A DNA stretch of 64,000 nucleotides from Pseudomonadales bacterium (GTDB lineage Bacteria; Pseudomonadota; Gammaproteobacteria; Pseudomonadales; Azotimanducaceae), in NCBI GenBank assembly GCA_038153445.1, contig JAYOYG010000002.1, forward strand, positions 9,628 through 73,627, read 5' to 3'. Position numbers and translations under genes: made by a program. The notes beneath the pieces are model-generated. The model did no database searches, was not told the DNA's origin, and saw only the letters and a list, made by a program, of their open reading frames with translations. This document shows positions 17,984 to 26,702 of the stretch, in pieces. Each line of letters begins with the position of its first letter. Within the stretch, counting starts at the first letter, position 1.

Positions 17984-19558
17984 TTAGAAGAGCTCGCCCT
18001 GAAACGGCCCCTCTCGAGGGGCCGTTTTTAGCTTGGGGCGGGGGTTTTGCCCCCAGTTCTTCCGGCTGCCGTGGGCCAGCAGCACGCGGCGACTCTCTTC
18101 CCGGCTGGCTTCCTTACGCTGCGCATCGCCCATGCGGGCCCGCGCTGCCCGCGCGGCCTGGGCCGCGTCCAGGAGGGGGCGTGGATAGGCTGGGGCCTCC
18201 GTGAGCGCCTCCGGCCCCGGAGCGCGCAGGCGCACCCCCGCTTGCGCCAGGCGCCGGGCGGACAAGAGCCAGGGCTGGTGAATTTCATCATCACGCAGGG
18301 GCGCCAGCTCCGGCACAAAGGTGCGAATGAAGGTGCCTCGGGGATCCAGCCGTTGTCCCTGGAGCAGGGGGTTATAGATGCGCAGGGCGTTGATGCCCGT
18401 CACCCCAGACTGCATCTGTAGCTGGCTGATATGGATCCCTGGCTCGTAGTCGATAAATTGCCGGGCTAGGGGGTGATTGAGGTCTCGCCAGTCGAGCCAG
18501 AGGTGGTAGGCCGCTACGGAGACGAGCATGGCCCGCATGCGGAAGTTGATCCAGCCCCAGTGCTGAAGGGCGCGCATGGCGGCATCCACGAAAGGCCAGC
18601 CCGTTTGCCCCCGTAGCCAGGCGTCAAGGGCGTCGCTAGGGCCCCGGGGGCGCAGGGTATCGAGGGCACGGTTAAAGCTCACGGTCTCGAGGGCGGGCTC
18701 CGATTCCAGCTTCTGAATGAAGTGGCAGTGCCAGTGGAGGCGAGCTTCAAAGGCGCTCCGTGCCCGAGGGGAGAGGGCGGGGGCCCGCTCGGGCTGTTTC
18801 TTCGCTTCCCGCACCCGTTGCACGACGCGGCGCAGGGACAGGCTTCCCCAGGCCAGATGATGGGAAAGGCGAGAGCCGCTGTGCACCGCTTGGGCTGGGG
18901 CGGACATGCGCCGGTGGTAATCCGCCCCCGCGTCCTCCAGGAACTCGCTTAGGCGCGCCTGGGCGGCGTCTTCCCCCGCTACCAGAGGGGCTCCGCGGTG
19001 GGGAACGGCCGGATGAAACGCGCTCGTGGGGATATTCTGGAACAGCGGGGTCCAGGGGGCCGTCGGGGCTGGCGTGCCGGGCACGTGGGCCGGCGCGGGG
19101 CGCGCCGGGCGGGTCATGTGCGCTTCCCAGCCGCGGCTAAAGCGGTTTCGGTTCCCAAGGCCCCGGGTGACCCCAAAGGATTGATGCTCCCCCCAGGGAA
19201 TGCCCTCGGCCCGGCACCAGGCCTTCACGGCCCGGTCCCGGGCGTAGGTCCAGCCGTTCCCCGTTTCCTCATGGCTTTCAAGATGGGTCACGCCCTCGCT
19301 ACGCCGAAGGGCTTCGAGGACCGAGACGGCATGGCCTTCCCGAACCCAGAGCCCCGAGCCCCGGGCGCGAAGGTCCCGATCGAGGGCCCGTAGGCTCGCC
19401 TCAAGAAAGCGGGCATGCTGAAGGTCAAGATCGCCCTGGCGCCAAAGGTCCGGTTCTAGAATATAGAGGGGGAGCACGGGGCCCCGGGCCAGGGCGGCCT
19501 GAAGGGCTTCGTGATCGTCGAGGCGCAGATCGCGCTTGAACCAGAGGACCGTGAGCAC
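17984..19558 (-). CDS. Cryptochrome/photolyase family flavoprotein with basic C-terminal extension
   Basis: GTG start. N-terminus LTVLWFKRDLRLDDHEAL (photolyase alpha/beta domain). FAD-binding region TGWPFVDAAMRAL..GWINFRMRAML..IYNP. The subclass (CPD, 6-4 or cryptochrome) cannot be assigned by eye. Confidence 0.85.
   Translation of the reverse strand: MLTVLWFKRDLRLDDHEALQAALARGPVLPLYILEPDLWRQGDLDLQHARFLEASLRALDRDLRARGSGLWVREGHAVSVLEALRRSEGVTHLESHEETGNGWTYARDRAVKAWCRAEGIPWGEHQSFGVTRGLGNRNRFSRGWEAHMTRPARPAPAHVPGTPAPTAPWTPLFQNIPTSAFHPAVPHRGAPLVAGEDAAQARLSEFLEDAGADYHRRMSAPAQAVHSGSRLSHHLAWGSLSLRRVVQRVREAKKQPERAPALSPRARSAFEARLHWHCHFIQKLESEPALETVSFNRALDTLRPRGPSDALDAWLRGQTGWPFVDAAMRALQHWGWINFRMRAMLVSVAAYHLWLDWRDLNHPLARQFIDYEPGIHISQLQMQSGVTGINALRIYNPLLQGQRLDPRGTFIRTFVPELAPLRDDEIHQPWLLSARRLAQAGVRLRAPGPEALTEAPAYPRPLLDAAQAARAARARMGDAQRKEASREESRRVLLAHGSRKNWGQNPRPKLKTAPREGPFQGELF
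18002..18027. terminator. Candidate bidirectional intrinsic terminator hairpin between acnB and the photolyase gene
   Basis: AAACGGCCCCTC/GAGGGGCCGTTT is a near-perfect 12-bp inverted repeat. It is followed by a T-run on the plus strand (18025-18029), 22 nt after the acnB stop. It lies inside the last codons of the minus-strand photolyase-family ORF. Confidence 0.45.
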
Positions 19559-19669
19559 GGTAAAAGCTCGCTATTGTCTGACGCGCCCGCGACTGCGGTA
19601 GCATGCCACGGCGCTTCAGTGCAGCCTAGAAACGACGGCATCGAGCAACGAGCAGGAGGGAGACGGCCC

Positions 19670-20077
19670 ATGGCTTATGACAGCGGCGGCGCCGGGGGCG
19701 GCGGGGCGCGAAACGTGCTGGGAGGGCCCCTGCAGCTGTGCTCGGAGGCGCCCCTTACGGGCTTCTATCGCGATGGCTGTTGCCACACGGGACCGGAGGA
19801 TCTCGGGCGTCACGTGGTGTGCGCCGTCATGACTGAGGCCTTTTTGCAGTTCTCCAGCGCCGTAGGGAACGATCTACAAACGCCCCGGCCCGAATTTGCC
19901 TTCCCGGGGCTACGTCCCGGGGACCGGTGGTGCCTCTGCGCCGATCGTTGGCGGGAGGCAGACGAGGCGGACTGTGCCCCCCCGGTGGTGCTGGCGGCGA
20001 CGCACCAGAACGCCCTGGCTCGCATTGATCGTGCTCGGCTCCTGGCCCTGGCGGTGGACGCCCCGACCCAGGGTTAG
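19670..20077 (+). CDS. DUF2237 family protein
   Basis: Listed ORF is 19511..20077, trimmed to the ATG at 19670 preceded by GCAGGAGGGAG. The conserved core PLTGFYRDGCCHTGPEDLGRHVVCAVMT..RWCLCADRW matches my memory of DUF2237. Confidence 0.7.
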   Translation: MAYDSGGAGGGGARNVLGGPLQLCSEAPLTGFYRDGCCHTGPEDLGRHVVCAVMTEAFLQFSSAVGNDLQTPRPEFAFPGLRPGDRWCLCADRWREADEADCAPPVVLAATHQNALARIDRARLLALAVDAPTQG

Positions 20078-21519
20078 GGTCGGGGATAGAGGGCGGCGAC
20101 GTTTACCGGAACCCCGGAGGCCTGTACGACGCTTGCGTGGTGACGCTCGAATGCTCGAGCGTCCGGGAGGCCGCAGGCGTGGGCCAGCTGCTCCACTTCC
20201 TTAACCAGATTCCGATGATAGTGGGCGACCCGTTCGGCCTTGTCGCTTGGGACCAGGCCGCGCTGGAGCCGGGGATCATGGGTGGTGATGCCCGTGGGGC
20301 AGGTGTTTTGGTTGCACTGCAGCGCCTGAATGCAGCCCAGGGAGAACATAAAGCCCCGGGCCGTCACGCACACGTCGGCGCCGAGGCATAGGGCAAAGGC
20401 GACGTCCGTGGGGGTAATGAGCTTTCCCGAGGCAATCAGCCGGATCCGATCCCGGAGCCCCGCGGCGCGGAGGGCGTTGTCCACCAGGGGCAAGCTGTCC
20501 CGGAGCAGCAGGCCCACGTCGTCGAGGAGCCCCATGGGCGCGGCGCCCGTCCCCCCGTCGCCGCTGTCCAAGCTGAGGAAATCGGGGGCGCTCTCGAGGC
20601 CCCGGCGCTTAATCTCATCGCAGAGGGTTTGGAGCCAGGCGTCGCTGCCGAGGACGAATTTGAGCCCCGTGGGCTTTCCCGTGATCTCCCGCACCTGGGC
20701 CACGAAATCCAGGCAACTGGGGACGTCGGTTATTTCGGGATGGCGGTTTGGAGAGAGGGAGTCCCGGCCCTCGGGGATGCCCCGCACCCGAGCAATGGCC
20801 GGGGTGACCTTTGCCCCCGGGAGCACACCGCCCTTTCCGGGCTTCGCCCCCTGGGAGAGCTTGATCTCAAACATGCGCACTTGCCGGTGCTGAGCAATGG
20901 CAGCGAGCTTGGCTTCGTCGAGGCGCCCCTCGGCCGTGCGCACGCCATACTTGGCCGTGCCTACCTGAAACACGATGTCCGCGCCGCTTTCGAGGTGCAG
21001 CGGGGCAAGGCCCCCTTCCCCCGTGTTCACCCAGCAGCCAGCTTTGGCAGCGCCAAGGCCCAGGGCGCGGATGGCGACGTCGGAAAGGGCGCCGTAGCTC
21101 ATGCCGGACATGTGAAAGAAGCTCTTGGCTTCATAGGGCTGGCGGCACCCGGGCCCAAAGGTGAGGGGTGGGGTTTCCTGGCATTCCTCATCGAGGCGGG
21201 CGAAGGGGGCGTTGAGAAAGCGAACCGTACCCGGCGTGGTGGCGATTTTCGTGCTGCCGAAGGCCACCGTGTTATCGAGGTTCTTCGCCGCCCGGTAGAC
21301 CCAGCTTCGCTGGGCGCGATTGAAGGGCATCTCCTCTCGGTCCATGGCGAAAAAGTACTGCCGAAGGAAAATGCCGAGGTGCTCAAGCTGGTAGCGGGCC
21401 CGCCCCAGCACGGGGTAGTTCCGAAGCAGGGTATGGGCCGTTTGCTGTCGATCCTGCAAATAGGCCTTCAATAGAAGGGCCGCGCCGAGAAGCAGTCCTA
21501 GCCAGAGCACGGTGCTCAT
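20074..21519 (-). CDS. FMN-binding glutamate synthase family protein (GltB domain-2-like), membrane anchored
   Basis: 481 aa. N-terminal TM MSTVLWLGLLLGAALLL. Motifs NTGEGGL, KLSQGAKPGKGG and SGDGGTGA are typical of the GltS FMN domain. Confidence 0.85.
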   Translation of the reverse strand: MSTVLWLGLLLGAALLLKAYLQDRQQTAHTLLRNYPVLGRARYQLEHLGIFLRQYFFAMDREEMPFNRAQRSWVYRAAKNLDNTVAFGSTKIATTPGTVRFLNAPFARLDEECQETPPLTFGPGCRQPYEAKSFFHMSGMSYGALSDVAIRALGLGAAKAGCWVNTGEGGLAPLHLESGADIVFQVGTAKYGVRTAEGRLDEAKLAAIAQHRQVRMFEIKLSQGAKPGKGGVLPGAKVTPAIARVRGIPEGRDSLSPNRHPEITDVPSCLDFVAQVREITGKPTGLKFVLGSDAWLQTLCDEIKRRGLESAPDFLSLDSGDGGTGAAPMGLLDDVGLLLRDSLPLVDNALRAAGLRDRIRLIASGKLITPTDVAFALCLGADVCVTARGFMFSLGCIQALQCNQNTCPTGITTHDPRLQRGLVPSDKAERVAHYHRNLVKEVEQLAHACGLPDARAFERHHASVVQASGVPVNVAALYPRP

Positions 21520-21536
21520 GGGTTCTTAATCCTTCC

Positions 21537-22823
21537 TTAGGGCTGGGCGCCTTCGGTGGCATAGCCCGAGGGCGCGTTCGCTAGATCATCATCCGCCGAT
21601 TCCGCGCGCGGGTCGAGTTCTAGACCCGCCGGGGTAAGACTGGCGGCAAGGACGAATTGTTCCGTTTCCTCCAGCACCGGACGGGGTTTTTGTTGCCGCT
21701 GCTGGACAAGGCCAAGAGCAAAGAGCAGCAACGCCGCGCCGCTAAACCACCATAGCCCCTCGGGGCCGATGAGGTGCATGGCGTAGGCGGCGAGGGGCGC
21801 GCCGAGGGCCGAGGTGGCCCCGTAGGTGAGGAGCAGGCTTGTGCCAACCATCACGAACTGGGAGGGTTCGGCGCGATCGTTCGCATGGGCATTGCAAACG
21901 GCGTAGAGGGTGAGCACAAAACCGCCCCAGAGCGTGCTGAGGCCAATAACCAGGGCCGGCCGCGCGGCATCGGAGAATAGGGCTAGGGCGAAGGCCGTAC
22001 CGGCGCCAGCGAGGCAGGAGAACAGTAGGACCAGGCGTCGGTCGAGGTGATCGGACAGGCGCCCCAGGGGGTACTGGAATAGGGCTGCGCCGAGGGTGGC
22101 ACCGCTAATGACCCAGGTGACCGCCTGCGTATCGAGCCCTAGGGTGCGTCCAAACACCGGGCCTAGGGCCCAGAAGCTTCCCGTGATCAGCCCAAGCATG
22201 GCCGCGCCCCCGAGGCCCACGGGGCTAATGCGCCAGAGGGCGCGCAGGTCCAGCTGCACGTCGGCCAGGGGTGCAGGGGCCGTGGCGCCGGAAAGGGAAA
22301 CGGGGATGACCGCGAGGGACAGGAGCACCGCGGCGCCGGCGAAGAGCATGGGGTCCTGGGCGGGGGCGAGGTTCACCGCCTGCTGGCCAAGAATGATCAT
22401 CACGAGATTGATGATGGTGTAGATGGACAGCAGGGCACCCCGGTTGTCGCTCGAGGCCCGCTCGTTCAGCCAGCTTTCGATAATCATGTAGAGACCTGAC
22501 ATGCAGACCCCGGTCGCCGCGCGGAGGAGGGTCCAGCTGAGCACCTCGGGCACCATGGGGAACAGGAGCACAAGGGCGGAGAAGGCGCTTGAGAGCACGG
22601 CGAAGCTGCGGATATGGCCCACGCGCCGCACCACCCGGGGGGTAAGCAAGCAGCCGCCGATAAAGCCCACAAAGTAGGCCGAGCCGGTGATGGCGATGGC
22701 GCCGTCGCTAAAGCCTTCGGCGACCGCACGAAGGGGCAGGACGGTGAATGAAAGTCCATGACCCACCAATAGAAGCGCGTCCGAAAGCAGCAGGGCTGCG
22801 ACGGGGAGAAGCATGGCGGGCAT
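21537..22823 (-). CDS. MFS transporter
   Basis: 428 aa with about 12 hydrophobic segments. MFS loop motif GRLSDHLDRR. Confidence 0.85.
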   Translation of the reverse strand: MPAMLLPVAALLLSDALLLVGHGLSFTVLPLRAVAEGFSDGAIAITGSAYFVGFIGGCLLTPRVVRRVGHIRSFAVLSSAFSALVLLFPMVPEVLSWTLLRAATGVCMSGLYMIIESWLNERASSDNRGALLSIYTIINLVMIILGQQAVNLAPAQDPMLFAGAAVLLSLAVIPVSLSGATAPAPLADVQLDLRALWRISPVGLGGAAMLGLITGSFWALGPVFGRTLGLDTQAVTWVISGATLGAALFQYPLGRLSDHLDRRLVLLFSCLAGAGTAFALALFSDAARPALVIGLSTLWGGFVLTLYAVCNAHANDRAEPSQFVMVGTSLLLTYGATSALGAPLAAYAMHLIGPEGLWWFSGAALLLFALGLVQQRQQKPRPVLEETEQFVLAASLTPAGLELDPRAESADDDLANAPSGYATEGAQP

Positions 22824-22854
22824 GGGGGCGACTCACGCAAAAAGGGAGCATTCC

Positions 22855-23625
22855 CTAGTTTACGTTGGTCTCGTGAATCGCGTCTGAATAAATCAGCGCC
22901 CGGCCCGCCTCCTGGGCTAAAACAAAGCTGGGTTTACGCACCTCGAAGAAGGGGGACAGGTCGAAATCCCGGGGTGTGATGAGGGAATGGTGGCGCGCCT
23001 GAAGGGGGAGCGGTTCGCCTCGGCGGAGGGCCTCTGCGTCTAAGAGCTCCGGCAGAATGGGGTAGGCCTCGGCTTGGAACGCCTCGGCGATGAGGGTGGA
23101 GCAAATGGCCCGGGTCGGGTCTCCGGAACCGAGGGTGATCAGCCGACGGCGCCAGGGAGAGGGCACGGGGGGTAGGGGAAAAAGGTAGCGCGCAAGATCC
23201 ACGATATTTCGCAGATCGTACTGGTGGCCAAGGCGGGCCAGGGCGTGGGTTGTCACGGCCTCGCGCTGGGCGGAATCGAGCCCCCAGGGTCGACAGATGC
23301 GCACGTTGCTTCCCAGGTAGATCGAGGCGGGGACGCAGCGCACGCCCTCCACCACGTCCGCCTCCACTAAGTGGACGGGATCCTTGGGCCCCGGGTGGGG
23401 TCCCAGCACGAGCGCGGCATGGGACCAGGTGGACTGGGTGAGGTACTTGATGGCCGTGGAAATCCGGCTGCTGCCTTCCACCAGCAGCACGTCCCCGGTC
23501 TTCAGATAAGGCAGCCAGGAGCCTAGGCCCGAGACCGGGGCAGCCCCTTTGCCTGGACGAGGGTCGGTAAGGAAGCGCGCAAGCCGTCCCCCTGCGCGCT
23601 CAAGCCACTGTCCCCGTCCCGCCAT
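22855..23625 (-). CDS. YiiX-like permuted papain-fold (NlpC/P60 superfamily) protein
   Basis: 256 aa. GDVLLVEGSSRISTAIKYLTQSTWSHAALV and the later ICSTLIAEAF resemble the permuted His..Cys arrangement of the YiiX/DUF830 group. Assignment is from memory of the family. Confidence 0.65.
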   Translation of the reverse strand: MAGRGQWLERAGGRLARFLTDPRPGKGAAPVSGLGSWLPYLKTGDVLLVEGSSRISTAIKYLTQSTWSHAALVLGPHPGPKDPVHLVEADVVEGVRCVPASIYLGSNVRICRPWGLDSAQREAVTTHALARLGHQYDLRNIVDLARYLFPLPPVPSPWRRRLITLGSGDPTRAICSTLIAEAFQAEAYPILPELLDAEALRRGEPLPLQARHHSLITPRDFDLSPFFEVRKPSFVLAQEAGRALIYSDAIHETNVN

Positions 23626-23807
23626 GGTGCTGTCCCCGCCTCGCTAAGGAGCCCCCCTAAAACCGGGAGGGAAAGGCGAGCTTAGCGACTTCTTCGAAGC
23701 GGCTCACGTAGTGAATGGTGAGCCCGCGGGTGACGGCAGCGGGAAGGGGCTTCCCGTCTGGGGGTTGGCTGCCTGGCGTATGGGGCCCCGGGGCGGAGCT
23801 TAAAGGG

Positions 23808-24110
23808 CTATACGGCGGAAAAGCGCAGGGGCGTGCGCAGGGGCGCCGGGGGCGGGCCGTCATCGCCGCGGCCGATCATCTCGTCGTAGGGGGAATGGTG
23901 GCGCAGCATGCCCTCCCGAAGCCCCAGGGCGTAGAGGGCCCTTCCCGCCGCGTGGGCACTGGGGAAGGATGCCGCTTGCCGGTCGGCGTCCCGCTTTTTC
24001 AAGGGCTCGTCGTTAATAAGCGCCAGGTAGATGACGCCATCGAGGGAGAGAATCTCTGCGTTAACCGCGTCCCCGCGGGCGACGGCCTTTCGGACCCACC
24101 GGTAGTCCAT
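23808..24110 (-). CDS. Hypothetical protein (~100 aa)
   Basis: Listed ORF is 23808..24374, trimmed to the ATG at 24108-24110 (MDYRWVRKAVARGD...) because the longer form overlaps the thrS start. The composition looks coding, but I recognise no family. Confidence 0.35.
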   Translation of the reverse strand: MDYRWVRKAVARGDAVNAEILSLDGVIYLALINDEPLKKRDADRQAASFPSAHAAGRALYALGLREGMLRHHSPYDEMIGRGDDGPPPAPLRTPLRFSAV

Positions 24111-24237
24111 GAGCTGATCCTTGGCGGCGCAACGGGAGGGAGCGCTGCAATAGTCGAGGGGGCCCGCGTAGCGGTGGCATAATAGGGGCTCAGCGCTATG
24201 ATGCAACGCCAGCGCACCCCCAGACCAGCGAGGACCT

Positions 24238-26124
24238 ATGGCACGCTTTGAGCACAGCGGCGAAGAAGATCGGGATCGCCCCCTGTACCGAATCCGACAT
24301 TCCCTGGCCCACGTCCTGGCCCAGGCCGTGCTGGAGCTGCGCCCCGGTTCGACGCTGGGCTTCGGTCCGCCCATCGACGACGGCTTTTACTACGACTTCC
24401 TGCTGTCCGAGCCCTTAACCGACGCGGACTTCCCGGAAATCGAACGGCGCATGCGGAAGATCATCAAAAAGGGCCAGCGCTTCGACTGCGAAAACCTGCC
24501 CTACGACGCGGCCATGGCGCGCCTCGAGGAGATGGGGGAGCCCTACAAGCGGGAATACGCGGAAACGCTCTTTGAGCGCCACAACCTCTCCGAGCTGACC
24601 TTCTATCGCAATGGCCCCTTTGTCGATATGTGCGAAGGGCCCCACGTGGATACCACTAAGGCCATTCCCCGGGATGCGTTCAAGCTGCGCAGCCTCGCTG
24701 GCGCCTATTGGCGCGGCGATTCCCGCAACGTGATGATGACGCGCATCTACGCCTGGGCCTTTGAGACCAAGGACGAGCTCGACGCTCACGTCACCGCCTA
24801 CGAAGAAGCGCAGGCCCGGGACCATAAGAAGTTGGGTCGAGAGCTGGACATCTACCATATTGATCAAACCATTGGGAAAGGCCTCCCGCTGTGGTTGCCG
24901 AAGGGCACGGTGATCCGGGACGAGCTCGAGCGCTACGCCAAGGACCTCGAATTCGCCTACGGTTATGAGCGGGTGACCACGCCGCCCCTGGCGAAGGTGG
25001 ACCTGTACTGGCAGTCCGGGCACTTACCGTATTACCAAGACGCCATGTTCCCGGTGATGGAGGTCGAGGATCACGCCGAGGAACCCGCGGAGGGTGACGG
25101 GGAAGAGGGCGAGGGCACGCGGGTGAAGGAGCGCTACGTGCTTCGTCCCATGAACTGCCCCCACCACCACCGGGTCTTCTCGGCCCGGCCCCGGTCCTAC
25201 CGAGATCTGCCCCTGCGCCTTGCGGAGTATGGTCAGGTGTATCGCTGGGAAGAGTCCGGCGCGGTGGGTGGCCTCGTGCGGGTGCGCGGGATGTGCATGA
25301 ACGATGCGCACATCTACTGTACGGAAGCGCAGATCAAGGACGAATTCAAAGCCGTACTCCAGATGTACCAGGAGGCCTACGCGGTGCTCGGGGTTACGGA
25401 CTACCGGGTGCGCCTGTCCCGCTGGGATCCGGAGGATGAAAAGGGCAAGGAAAAGTACATCAACGATCCTGACGCCTGGGCCCACGCCGAGCGGGTGCTC
25501 GCGGAGGTGCTGGACGAGTTGGGCTGGGACTACTTCGATGGCCCCGGGGAAGCGGCGTTCTACGGCCCGAAGATCGACATCCAGTTCAAAACGGTAACGG
25601 GGCGGGAGGAAACGGTCTCCACGGTGCAGCTCGACTTTGCCCAGCCCGGGCGCCTTGGTCTTCAATATAAGGGCGCAGACGGCGAGCTTCACACCCCCTG
25701 GGTGATTCACCGGGCGCCCTTCTCCACCCACGAGCGCATGGTGGCCTTCCTCCTGGAGCATTACGGCGGGGCCTTCCCGGCGTGGCTGGCGCCGGTGCAG
25801 GTGCAGGTCATTACCGTCGCCGATCGCTTCAACGACTACGGCCAGGCCCTGGTGCGCCGGCTTCGCGGCCACCGGGTGCGGGCGGAAATGGCGGCAGAAG
25901 GGGAAACGGTGGGGCGAAAGATTCGCGAAGGCACCACGCAGAAGATCCCGAACCTGCTCATTATTGGGGAGCGGGAAGTGGAGGAGGGGACCGTGACCCT
26001 TCGTCGCTATGGGGTAGATCAGCAGCTGACCCTAAGCCAGGACGCCTTTGTTGCGGCGCTCCTTGAGACCGTCGAAACGCGGGCCCCGGCCTTCCTCCTC
26101 GACGGCGTCGAGGCGGCCGGCTAG
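24238..26124 (+). CDS. thrS: Threonine--tRNA ligase lacking the N-terminal TGS domain
   Basis: 628 aa. Editing-domain motifs RHSLAHVL and VDMCEGPH. Class II core RDHKKLGRELDIYH, RPMNCPHH, FYGPKID. C-terminal anticodon-binding domain is present. An in-frame TGA at 24199-24201 excludes any upstream TGS-coding extension. Confidence 0.9.
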   Translation: MARFEHSGEEDRDRPLYRIRHSLAHVLAQAVLELRPGSTLGFGPPIDDGFYYDFLLSEPLTDADFPEIERRMRKIIKKGQRFDCENLPYDAAMARLEEMGEPYKREYAETLFERHNLSELTFYRNGPFVDMCEGPHVDTTKAIPRDAFKLRSLAGAYWRGDSRNVMMTRIYAWAFETKDELDAHVTAYEEAQARDHKKLGRELDIYHIDQTIGKGLPLWLPKGTVIRDELERYAKDLEFAYGYERVTTPPLAKVDLYWQSGHLPYYQDAMFPVMEVEDHAEEPAEGDGEEGEGTRVKERYVLRPMNCPHHHRVFSARPRSYRDLPLRLAEYGQVYRWEESGAVGGLVRVRGMCMNDAHIYCTEAQIKDEFKAVLQMYQEAYAVLGVTDYRVRLSRWDPEDEKGKEKYINDPDAWAHAERVLAEVLDELGWDYFDGPGEAAFYGPKIDIQFKTVTGREETVSTVQLDFAQPGRLGLQYKGADGELHTPWVIHRAPFSTHERMVAFLLEHYGGAFPAWLAPVQVQVITVADRFNDYGQALVRRLRGHRVRAEMAAEGETVGRKIREGTTQKIPNLLIIGEREVEEGTVTLRRYGVDQQLTLSQDAFVAALLETVETRAPAFLLDGVEAAG

Positions 26125-26126
26125 CC

Positions 26127-26681
26127 ATGGGCCTCGGCGAGCCACTCCGCACCTCTGGGGGGGAGTGGCTCCGCCCTGTCGAGGCGAGCCAGGCGGCGGC
26201 GCTCTTCGAGGCCGTCGATGCCTCTCGGGACGCCCTAGCGCCCTGGCTACCCTGGTGTACCGCGCGCTACACCCTAGCCAGCGCCGAGGCCTTTCTCTCC
26301 GAGGCCACCCTCGAGCACCGCACCCTCATCTTTCCCGCGCAGGATTCCACGGTGGTGCTGGGCGCCGTAAGCCTCATGCCCGTGGATCGCTACGACGGCG
26401 TCTGGAAGTTGGGCTATTGGGTGCGCGCCGATGCTCAGCGCAGTGGGGTCGCGCGCCGAGCCGCCGCTACGCTTTGCCAGGCGGCCTTCGTTTCGGGGAC
26501 GGCGCAGCGCGTATCGATTTTGGTTGCGGTGGAGAACACCCCAAGCCGGCGCGTTGCCGAGGCGCTTGGGGCGGAACTTGAAGGGGTGCTCAAAAGCCGG
26601 CTTTTGCTGCCCAGCGGTCGGCATGATGCGGCGATCTATGGCCTGGTGCCGGAAGCCCTCGCGGAGGACCTCCGGCCCTAG
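26127..26681 (+). CDS. GNAT N-acetyltransferase, RimJ/RimL-like
   Basis: 184 aa, starting 2 nt after the thrS stop. The Acetyltransf_3-like pattern is WLRPVEASQAAALFEAV ... LGYWVRADAQRSGVARRAA ... ENTPSRRVAEALG. Confidence 0.8.
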   Translation: MGLGEPLRTSGGEWLRPVEASQAAALFEAVDASRDALAPWLPWCTARYTLASAEAFLSEATLEHRTLIFPAQDSTVVLGAVSLMPVDRYDGVWKLGYWVRADAQRSGVARRAAATLCQAAFVSGTAQRVSILVAVENTPSRRVAEALGAELEGVLKSRLLLPSGRHDAAIYGLVPEALAEDLRP

Positions 26682-26702
26682 TTAGCGCTACAAAAGTCAG
26701 GC

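Noticed and set aside
23657-23863. 68-aa ORF called as a real gene (Lon-like C-terminal peptide).
   Set aside because: The ORF is stop-bounded after only 4 more upstream codons. Most of it is Pro/Ala/Ser-rich, and only the last ~25 residues resemble a Lon C-terminus. It is too weak to annotate as a CDS or pseudogene, so I kept it only as a low-interest observation.
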